Shown: piece by piece, positions 38,532 to 50,500 of the stretch
Position numbering within the stretch: position 1 is the first letter of the stretch
Layout of the letters: every line of letters begins with the position of its first letter
Assembly: GCA_044892505.1 (NCBI GenBank)
Contig: CM097883.1
Location: 172,670,001-172,734,000 of the forward strand
Direction: 5' to 3'
Length of the DNA stretch: 64,000 nucleotides
Source of the DNA: Schmidtea nova
Lineage: Eukaryota
Translations under genes and position numbers: made by a program
The notes under the pieces: generated by a model
What the model saw: the letters and a program-made list of their open reading frames with translations, nothing else
Told to the model about the DNA's origin: nothing
Database searches by the model: none

Positions 38532-41500
38532 TTGACAGAAGCAGAAAGAAAAGCAGCAAAAAGAACAAGAACAGGTAACAAGCCTAAGCAACAAAAGAAC
38601 AAACAAGTAGAGATCAGCGATAATTCGAGTAATAAAGAGAATCAAGAAGAAACCCCAGAGGATCCAGAAGTACGAAACGAAGTAGAAACGATAGACAGTG
38701 AACTAGTCAGGGAAAACAGAACAAGAAGCGAATCAAGAGATAACGAAACAGAGAGTAGCGAAGAAGAAGAGTCGAATTCAGAAACAAGTGGTGAACTAGA
38801 AGCAAAGAAAACTAGTACAGTATTCCAAGACAGTGGAATCGGGATGAGTGAACACAGAGAGGATCTGAGAGAAAAATTCAAGGGCGAACCATTCAATGGA
38901 GACGCCAGTAGATTGGATACGTTTCTGAAGGAATTTGGCATATTTGTGGATATATGCGGATGGAGTGCAGAAACGTTGGCAAATCGAATCCCGCTATACT
39001 TGAAAGATAGCGCATTGGATCTGTATATCGAAAAGAGATCGGGAAGTAATCCACCCAGAACGTGGGAAGAGATCAAGGAGTTCTTCCAACAGACGTTTGG
39101 GATAAACAAAGTGCTGAATGAAGCATTCGATGAGTTTTCAGCAAGAAAACAAAGGAGAAACGAGTCAAATGCGGTGTACGCAAGCGAATTAAGAAAGTTG
39201 GCGAAACTGGCGTTCAATAGAGGAAGCCCAGTAGACGAAGAATTGATGACAGCGTTATTCGTACGAGGTCTCAGGAGACCTGACATCAGAGCACAAGTGG
39301 GATGCAAAGGATGTAAAACAGTAGATGAAGCGTTGGAAGCAGCCAACCTATTCGAATTGCATATGGCAATGAATGACATGAGAATTACGGCGGTAATGGG
39401 AAAAACGACAGAAGATGAAGAACAAGGAAAAAGAAACATGAATCAAAGTATTCCCCATTCGCAGAGATTGTTCAAAGAACCGCCAGCGAGGAAGAATAAC
39501 GGATATATCACGGTGAACACGAGTGGAGGAAATAGTTATAATGACAGGCAGAATAGGCAATGTCAGACGTGTGGGAAAAACGGACATTGGCAACAAGATT
39601 GTTTTCAGAATGTAGCCTGCAAACTGTGTGGACAAAAAGGTCACTCAGAGAATCGATGTTATGGGAAAACGTGTTACACATGTGGAAAAACCGGACACAT
39701 GTCAAAAGACTGTAATCAACAGAGAAGTTGGGCAAACAGTGGAAATAGACCGAATTACGGGAATCGACCAAGCTATGGGAATCAAGGTCAACAACGGAAC
39801 AACCCAAACAGCAGTGCAAATGAAGCCAGTATGAAAGAAGCTAAGTTGAGACAGGAGGTATCCAGATTACACGAGATAATCGAAAGCATGGCAAAGGGAA
39901 GCCAACAAGCTGCTCAACCAAAGATAAACATGATCCAGTTAATAGAAGCTGAGGCCGAAAGAGAAAACAGAGAAAGCCAACAGAAACATAATCAAGAATG
40001 GGCTAGAATACGACGAGAAGAAGAACAAGTCAGACAGCAACGATTACAACAGTTAAAAAATGGAAATCCAAGGATCAACATGATGCGAGCAATGATGGAA
40101 GAGAAGCAGCAAGATGAGTCAGACGAGTTAGAAGTTAAAGAGAAAAGAAACGAAGAGCAGAAAAAAGAAGAAGTGAATCAGGAAATAGAAACTGCGGAAC
40201 AGAGTAAAAAAGATGAAGAAACAGAAAAAGAAGCGAATCAAGAAGAGGAAGTGAGAATCAAACAAAGAGGAATGATAGTGATCATGCCGAATGATCATTG
40301 GTTTCGATTCAAATACGATGTAAAAGAAGAAGTGGGAAGATTGTTCAAGAAAGTAAATGAGATGATTCCGGGAGTGATGAAACTGCCCAGAGAAGCCTTC
40401 CTACAAACAGAAGACTTACCGGAAGTAAAGTTAAAGATGACTGATATATGGGAAGATATGGGAGTAACGGAGACGAAAATAAACGTGATGATCATCAGAG
40501 AGGTGGAACCGGAGAAAATCCCACCACCTGTGAAACATCAAACTCGGATCAGTCGAATATTCAAAGGGAAAATAAGACGAAGACGGCTGGAAGAAATAGA
40601 CGAGTTAGAAAAGAGAATGGGAAAAGCTGAAATAACGGGAAACGAGAATGAACTAATACAAGAAGTTAGCAAAAACGAAGCGAGACCAACCGCGCATATT
40701 GGGATGCTGAGACACCCAAGACAAGAGTTGTCAGATGAGGAAGACGACAGCGAAGTTAGCAGTCTGGTAGGAGACATGCTAAAGGAACCAGAAAACGAGG
40801 ATAAAAAGATGGAAGTAGTCGAGACGATAGAAACGATGTCAGTAAAGGAAGAGGAAATTCAGAAGCTGATGGATAACGCGTTGGAAGTAATCCATAACGA
40901 GGAGTTTATCGACGGGAAACGATATAGAAAGTTTATACGAGCAGTATGGCAGACGAAGTATAAAGAGTGGTTACAAGAAAGAGAAGTGAGGGTAATACAA
41001 GAATTCATAGAGAAGTTATTGAAAGAGCCACTGAACGAATACGTAATACAAATATGGATAAACGAGTGTTCACCAAGAATCTGGATAAGGAACCCAATGA
41101 CGGATGGAATTTACCGATGGGTTGAGGACAGATTGGGAAGCTCGTACCAAGACAAATTCATATATTCGGAAAACGGATTGGTGAAAAAAGGAACGCATAT
41201 GATAGACACAGGCATCTGGCCAGGAGAAATAACAACGCTATCTATATGCAACACCAAGAAGGAAGAGAACTTACAGGGAATCGTCAAAGAAGCGAATACG
41301 TGTTATGAGATGAGAATAAAACCTCAGTTGATGGAGGCAAAGGAAAGAATCTTGGCGGAGAATTTGAATACGATGATAGAACAGATCATCCAACAAATCA
41401 AGAAACATCGAAAGGAATTGACGAAAAACGAGTATGAGAATTTGAAACAGTGTATCGAGAACATACGAGATACAAGTCAAACGAGACATTCAAATTTCAA

Positions 41501-44500
41501 AACGGATAAGTTAATCGCCAAGATGGGGAAAGAAATGTTTAAAAGAGGAGAAATATCAGATCTGATGATTACCGTGAGATTGCCGAACGAAGAGACAAGA
41601 CAAATTGAGGTAATACCAGATAGTAAAGTGGGAGAAATAGTAGATGTCATCAATGAGACGATATTACAACGAGAACGAGAAGACGAATTCGAAGATGACA
41701 TTGCGATAAAATACAAAGAACATCTACTGAACGAACGTGACGAAAGACGAGCATATAAAATCGGCATATGGGACAATTTCCAGACAATACATGTCATCAG
41801 AATGGATGATGTGCCAAGAGCAACACCAAGAGATGAGGAAAGGAAAAAGAAACGACAAGAGGACGTTATGCGCAAGTTGAGGCAGATAGTAGAAATTTAT
41901 CGGAACTGGCAGATGAAGCCAGAATGGGAGACAATATTAGGAGAATTGGATCTTAACAGACGACGATTGACGCCAGTAGAGAAGCAATGGGATAACAAAG
42001 AGAAATGTTGGAAAGTGAAAAGAGGCGTGTATGAAGAAGATCCGGAAGGAGAAGACAGATATGAACGGAATACGAAACGGATATGTATGGTAACAAGGAG
42101 GTTATTACCAACGGACTTAGACGGACCAGAAACTGCAGTAATATGGGCAGAATTGGAGAAACAGAAAACGAGTGAATTGATCGAGCTGTTGAGAGGAAAT
42201 ACTCGGGGAAAAAGACAAACAATAAAAGGCTTAGCACAATTCATAATCTCAAATGGAGAAGACATAACGAACTTGAGAAAAGTAACTAAAGCGATAGCAG
42301 AATACAAGAGAGTTAACGAGTGGTGTCCAGAGCAACTAGACGATGTAATAAAAAAGTGGAGAAACAAAGAGTTTGCGGAGGAAACGCCACAAAAAATACA
42401 TTTGAGGATAATGTATCCGAATCAGAGAAAAGAAGAGTTTTGGGTGATGCTAACAGAGAAAGTGAAAAGTATCAAAGAGAAACTGATGTATGAACTACCA
42501 TTCCACCTGCAACATCAAGGACGATCGTTGGATAATAAGTTGGAAATCTGGCTGACACCAGTGCAATTGGATCTAATGAATACGTTAACAGTGGCACAGA
42601 TAGTGGGTCAACCACTGAAGTTTAAAGAAGAAAAGAAAGCGAAAGGAAGCATGAGTACACCAAGTCCGATGAAGTCAACAATGACCCCAGGAATAAGTTC
42701 AGGACAAGCAAGGACAACACCAATAAAAACGAGAGAGAGAACACCGCCAGAAGCGTATGACGTCGATGAGATACTAACAGACAGTGACGAAGCGATAGAA
42801 GAATTAACGAAACTGACTCAAAAACCAACGGCGAATATTTTCGACAGAATAATAGAGATGCCAATAACGTCACCAGCAGAAATCGACGATCAAGGAGTGG
42901 AACAGGAGGTAGTCATAGAAATGGTAAACGATTCGGAAGACGAGCAAGAACAACCACAGTTTACTCAAGAAATGGAAAGATGGTTAGAACAACGAGCAAA
43001 CGAAGGAAGAGATGTTACGGAAGAAACGGGAAGAGCAACGAGATTTGTAGAAACCGGAACTGGAATGGAAAAGCGACCAAGAGGAAGACCAAAGATAGAT
43101 CCAGCAACAACAATCCCAAAGACAAGAGAAGAAAGGAGACAAGAGCAATGGGAGATTTGCTTGAGGAAACTGGATAAAATCGCAGAGATCAGAGGCAAAG
43201 AAGAGAATCAAGTTTGTCAAGGAGAAGAATGGCTCACCAAAACGATAATGGATGTGTTAGCGATAATTGATCCAGAATTAAAGAATCTGTGGCGGATAAA
43301 CGAACCCAGTACAAAGGCAAGGATGCTACACAATGCGATAGCACCAATTATGCCAGAATTGATAAAAGCAAAAACAAAATCGAATCATCTAGATTGGCAA
43401 GGAACCACGATGTTAATAAAAAGGCTACTTAACGGAGCAGAGACGGATAGCAAATATCTAGTAGCAATCTCGTATACGATATACAATTTGCTAACGCTAA
43501 GCCGAGGGAGTCCGAAGTCAAGTCCGATGGGAAGACATATTAAAAATACGGCGATGATTATCGAGAAGGAAATTGAACCATATATCCTCAGGAAAGGAGG
43601 ATGGGAAAAGTTCATAAAAGAGAACCAGACAAAAGAGGGTTCTAACGTGATGAGAAAGAAACTCGAAGGAGTATTGAGGGAAATGGAGAATAGACAAACG
43701 ATGCAAGGAAACGGAAGATCGACGTTGAATTTAAACTCGATAATCATGATGATGTTAGTATGGTTGTTAAGCACAGAAAGTGTAACAACGTTCGAAGTAT
43801 TTGATTGCGATCAAATGAAATTGGGAGAAAAGTACTCATTGAGAGGTACGGAGCAATGCAAAGATGCAACTCCAGTAGAATTGAAAGAGATCAAAAAGGA
43901 ACAATGGTACCACGTGTATCAAGAGGCAGAACTCATAAAGACAATGGTGAATGAATGCAAGGTACAGAAGACGAGATTCGCATTCTATTGTGGGAGAGGA
44001 CATTATTCGGCAATTGTCATGCCAGGAACAGAAAGAGAACCAATCGTGTTACAAGGAGAAGACTGCGAAGCATTATTTAAACATGGAGAAGTAACAACAA
44101 GAGATAAAATCAAGATAAGAGGAAAGCCAGGAATGATGTTGCAGCAGACGTATTATGTAGCAGGACGAATTACGGGAGGAGAAGGGTATTGTCAAGGAGA
44201 AACCTACCCAATATTTGGAGTACCTGCAACCAACCTAGTAGTAATGGATACATATATAGTCGAACTGAAAAGCTACGAAGCATTCTTCGAACCGACCACA
44301 GGAGAAATGAAAACGTTATCCATGTGTAAAATTGACAGAAGCATGTGTCAAACGGGAATGTCAACTTTGGTGTACAAACCGAAAGTGAACGAATGTCAAT
44401 TACAACTGCTACAAGGAGCAAAGTTCGACGAAATTCAAGGAAAAACGTTCCAGGAAGAGGACGATGATGACAAAGCTAGAGCAAAGCATCTCAAAGAGGC

Positions 44501-47500
44501 TTTAGAGAATAAAAGACAATTGAGACCAGATCATAAAGAAAAACGAATAGAGATGAGAACCACACCAACAGTGTTGATAACCACAAATCAGGATGTGGGC
44601 ATGAGATTCATAAAAGGGAAAGCAACCCTTAAGTGCAGTACAACAGTATACGAAACAAACTATCCAGGAATATACGTGTCGAAACAAGAAGTGCCGAATG
44701 CGAAACCCAAAATCGACACAATGGATATCAAGCTACACTTGTATGTGAATAATAAAATGGATTTCTTATTCCATAGAGGACAAGCCTCATTGCAAAAAGT
44801 GTACTATGATCTGATAAACAACGATTGTATACTGAACCGGGAAATATTAAAGACAAAGTTGGCCGTAGCGATTACGAATCCAGATAGCGCGATGCCATTA
44901 TTACCACTGAGAGAAGGACATTTCGGAAGAGTAGTCGGAGAAGCAATGTATGTATACATTTGCGAAAAGACACACGCATCGCTAGCAGCAACAACGCAGT
45001 TGAAACCTGGACAATGTACAAATGAATTAGAAATCGATTATAAAGGAAAAGTACGATATGTTCAACCGGTGACGAGAATCATCAATCCACCAGGGTTTGA
45101 ACCAAATCCATTCAACTGTAGTAATGCGTACGGACCGCTTTATCAGAAGCCAGATGGCAAATGGGTCATGTTCCCAGGAAGAACCGAAGTATTAGCACCA
45201 AGAGAATTTGAGCTAATGCAGTTGTCAAAAGATAGACAGTTCAGTGACGTAGATGTCTCAAACAACGGAATCTATAGTCCAAAAGACTTAGAAGCGGCAA
45301 GGCAGAATATACTATTCCCGGCAAGAAGAGAAGCATTACTGTCAAATATCGTAACGATAACGGGAGGAACGAATTATCGAGAAGGACCGAATTACGAACT
45401 GTTGTTGTCACCGGCACATTTCAAGAAGGCCACAGAAAATATGATGAAGGCAATGTGGGGAAGATTCCTGATATTTGGACAAATGATGGCTGGAATACTG
45501 GGAGTGATATTGATAATACAAATCGTCAGAGTGATAATAACGCAAATGTTAGCGTGTTTCGACATCTACAAGAGAGAAAAGAAAGTGAATTGGAAAATGG
45601 TAGTAGGGTTTTTACCATTCCTTGCGAAAACGATGGTGTTACACGGACACTCAAAAGACATACATCGAATAAAGAGGTTGTTGAAGATACTTGCAAAAAT
45701 GAAAGGAACTAACGAAGATGTCGGAAGGAAATTCAAAAAGATAATGCAAGATGAACAAGCAAGGCGACAACTAAAGAAAGAAAGGAAAGGATTATGGGAA
45801 AGAGTGAGAGGATATAGAACACAAGATGATTCAAGTAATGATGACGATGATGATGACGATCGAGGAGGACAAGCGAATATAAACCAGATTCCACAATACA
45901 CCGAAAAGAGTGCAGTTGAGAATTGGAGATACAGCGCTCCACCTCAGTCAATGTATAACGAACCGATATACAAAGCGAAGCCGAATATGATGCAGATGAT
46001 GCCGATGACAAGTATATACCCGATAATTCCCGAAGGATGCAAAGTAAAACGAGGTAAAAGCGTAGACTCGTTGGAAGACACGCACACGATAGCGGTTATG
46101 TCCACAAATATGGGACCAATCTTAACAACAACCGTAGAAATAAACGGAAGAGAAATTGAAGCTATGATCGATACAGGCGCGAATATTTCGGCAATCGACA
46201 TCAATTATATACCAGAGAAAAACCAAGGAGAAATTGAGAAGACGAATGTTCATGTAATCGCGTGCAGTCAGGAGACAGTAGAAGTAGCCGGAAGATGGTT
46301 TGTAAAAATTAAGCATCGAGGTGCAGAAATCAACACGTACATCGCTGTAATACCATCGCTGAGTGTACCATGTATTATTGGAACTGACCTGATGCCAGAC
46401 CTGTTCAAGGAGATTGTAATTGACCTAGGAGCAATGAAACTAAAAGATAGAACAGGAAAAATCTGCAGAATGAAAGTTAAAGTGGCAAGTGCGGAACAAA
46501 TAGTAGTGCCAGCGAGACATGAAATGATGTGTTATGTCAAGATCGATTCAACAATAAAGGGAGATATGGTATTCGAACCAAGTAAGAAGTTCGAAGCAAA
46601 GAAAGAATTACCAATGGCAAGAGAATTGGTTACGATAAACCAAGAAGGTGAGATACCAATTAATCTGGTAAACTTCGACGAAGAGGACAAGATAATATAC
46701 GAGAATGAGAATTTGGGTAAATTGACACCCATGTCCGAAATCGAGATACCAGACAAGAACGAGAAAAGCAAAGACGAATTACCATGGAAAATCGACAGTG
46801 TGTTGTTAGACGAGCGACAAAAAGAACAGCTACAGAAACTGTTGATGGAATATAAAGATATATTCGCAGCATCAGATTTAGATCTGGGAACATGTGACGT
46901 AACATTACACACGATACCGTTGACGGACGAAACGCCAATAGCATTACGACCATACAAATTGGCAGAAGCTCAAAAAGCAGTGGCAGAAGAAGAGGTACAA
47001 AAGATGTTAGAGGCAGAGGTCATCGAACCTAGTTGCTCACCCTGGCAATTCCCAGTGGTGATGGTGAAAAAGAAAGATGGAACTCAAAGATTCTGTATCG
47101 ATTACAGACGATTAAATGCCGTTACGAAAAGAGACACGTACCCACTGCCAGACATAAATGAAATGTTGTTGACGTTACAAGGAGCAGCTTATTTCACGTC
47201 ACTAGATTTAAAGAGCGGATATTGGCAGATCAAAATGAAAGACGAGGATAAAGAAAAGACAGCATTTACAATCGGACGAGATCTGTACCAATTCAAGAAA
47301 ATGCCGTTTGGGTTAACAAACGCGCCAGCATCATTCCAGAGATGCATGAATTTCGTAACACATGGCATAAAACAATGCATGGTGTATATCGACGATCTAT
47401 TGATCTACTCCGCAACATTCGAAGATCACTTGCAAGACATCAGAAATGTGTTTGTGAAATTGAGACAGTGGAAACTGAAATTAAAGCCGTCAAAGTGCGA

Positions 47501-50500
47501 TTGGGCAAAAGAGAAAGTGACATTCTTAGGTCACATCGTATCAGCAAAAGGAAAAGAACCAGATCCAAGGAATATCGAAAAGGTCAAAGAATGTCCACCA
47601 CCAAAGACAGTGACTCAAATACAAGAATTTTTGGGATTGTGTGGATATTATCGAAAGTTTATCAAGGACTATGCAGGAATATCAAAGCCAATGCAAGAAT
47701 TGGTAAGACAAGATGTGTCGTTTGTATGGGGAGGAGAACAGCAAGCAGCATTTGAGACATTGCGAGACAAGCTGATTACAGCACCAATACTGGTCCATCC
47801 AGATTTTAAGAAGCCATTTTTGTTGGCAACAGATGCAAGTGGATACGCAGCAGGAGCAGTACTAGGCCAATTTGACGAAGAAGGCAAGGAAAGAGTAATC
47901 GGATATTACAGTCGAACCTTCAGGAAGCATGAAAAGAATTACTCAGTCACGGAAAGAGAAGCCTATGCAATAATATTGGCAATCAAGCATTTCAAATACC
48001 TATTGTGGGGTCATGAAATATATATCACGACGGATCATCAACCATTGATATGGTTAGGTCAACACAAAGAATCATCAAGTAGATTGATGCGTTGGGCGAT
48101 GCAGTTACAAGAATACTCACCGTTCATAAAGTTTAAAGCAGGAAAAGCAAATGCAAACGCAGATTGTATGTCAAGATTTACATTCCCAGAATTGGTGAAC
48201 CTAAACGCTCTGAAAATATGTGCATTAATAGCGGAAGATTTGGATTTCAGCGAACTAAGGAAAGATCAACTCGAAGACGAGGAGTTGGGATTGATCAGCA
48301 AGTATTTGAAAGAAAGTGAAATAGAAATATTCGGCAAGAACCAAACGTTGCGCGAACATATGCAGAAATATCAGCATCGATACGTGATAGAAAAAGGATG
48401 GTTATTGATACAGGATGGAGAACGGAGATTGATGTGCTTACCTGCGAATAGGCGAAAGGAAATCATGACTCAATATCATGACGGAAAATTAGGCGGACAT
48501 ATGTCAGCGAAAAAGACAATCGGGAGACTGAGACAAAAGTACTTTTGGCCAACCATGGAAGATGATGTGAAAGAATGGATAAAGAACTGCTTAACCTGTG
48601 CAACAAGAAAGAACGTCGGAACAAAGTGGAAAACACCACTAAAACCAATGCCAATACCTGCAGAACCAATGGCAACAATAGCAATGGATGTAGTTGGACC
48701 ATTGCCGGAAAGTTTGAAGGGAAATCAATACATATTAGTAGTCACGGACTATCTAACAAAGTTCCCAGAAGCGTTCGCAATACCGGATCAAAAAGCGAAA
48801 ACAGTCGCGAGAATATTGGTGGAAGAGATATGCTGCAGATACGGAACACCAAAGAAAATCCTAACGGATCAAGGAACGAATTTCATGAGTGAAATATTAG
48901 ACGAAGTTACGAATTACTTCCGAATTGCGAAATTACGAACATCCCCATACCATCCACAAACGAACGGTCAAACGGAAAGATTCAATGGAACATTAATACG
49001 CATGTTGTCGAATTACGTCAGCAAACACCAGACTGACTGGGACGAGTATATAAACTTGTGTTTAATGGCATACAGAATGTCAATACATGCGGCAACAAAG
49101 CTAAGTCCATTCCAACTGATGTACGGAAGAGATTGCAACTTACCGATCGATTTAGAATACCAACCACCATTATCACAGTATATGGAGGTTGACGATTACG
49201 TTACAAAGTTCAAAGAAAGAATGCAAGAGATCTGGAAAACGGCGGAACTGAACATCAAGTTCTATCAAGAAAGTTATAAGGATCTACATGATCAGAAAAG
49301 GAACGTGAAAGCACATGATTTAAAAGTTGGAGATTGGGTGATAATCGAAACACCAGAGATAATACCCGGTACGGTCAAGAAACTCCAACGACCAGGCAAA
49401 GGGCCATACGAAATAACAACAGTAAACGAAAATAATGTGCGAGTACGATTGGTGAACAATCCATTGGTAAGACCAATATACGTGAATGCATGTCGATGCA
49501 GAAAAATACCCAAGACAGCAACTCTATCACCAGAGAAACGGGTGATGACAAGATCACAGACGGCGAGAATTAATATGTTGCGAGTACAACAAAAGCCGCA
49601 ACCAAGTCTAGAAGACAACCGAAGAGAAGCAATAGACATCAAAGAACTGGCAAAGAGGACCAGAGAAATTATACCAGAATGGAGATGGTGGCTCGATTTC
49701 AATATACTGTCAGAAGTGCGGAAGAATGTAATGGAGTATGCAAAAGACAGAACAGCGCATCCAATTACAAGAACGTTACTGGAAGAAATCCCTCAAACAT
49801 TGAATTTACAAGATAAAGACGGTAACACAGCGTTGCACAATGCAATCAAGCACAGTGGGAACGAAAAAGTGAAAGAGATCGTAGAGATGATACTCGAAGG
49901 TGGAGGAGAAATTGACAAAGTAAATTGGGAAGGAATCACTCCACTCATGATGATGACAATTCACGGAAGAAACGATGAAATAATCAAACTATTCGGAAAC
50001 ACCAGATCGAATTGGTTGACAAAAGATAAAGAGGGACGAACATTCTTGAATCATGCAATTGATAGAGCGAATCACCGAATACTGAAGTATATTACGGAAA
50101 ATGCCACGTGGGAAATCGATGAACTAACTAGAGGATCAATCATGAAACAAGCAATCAGGGTAAAGAACAGTAAAACCTGGAGAATATTGCTAAAGTGGAA
50201 ACGACCAGAAGGAGATTCGTGGGTCATGGATTGTAATGAAGTGTTCATAAAGGGAGAAAATGCGCTACTGAAACATTTATTAGAAGTAACATACGATCCA
50301 AAAACACTTGCAGTATTAATAGCAAGAGATACTCTACGGGTCAGCGAGAACCCAAGAGAATACAAGTTGGAAGACAGAAAGAAAGAACTATTCGGATTAA
50401 TCAAGAAATGGTGTGATAAGCAATGGAATCCGGATATGAGCTTCGAACATTTCTATGACATTCAAAAGCAGCACAAAGAAATAAGCAAGAGATATAAAGA

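Noticed and set aside
46470-46740. Possible dUTPase between protease and RT
   Set aside because: Catalytic dUTPase motifs are not recognisable. It resembles the beta-rich spacer common in many gypsy Pol proteins.
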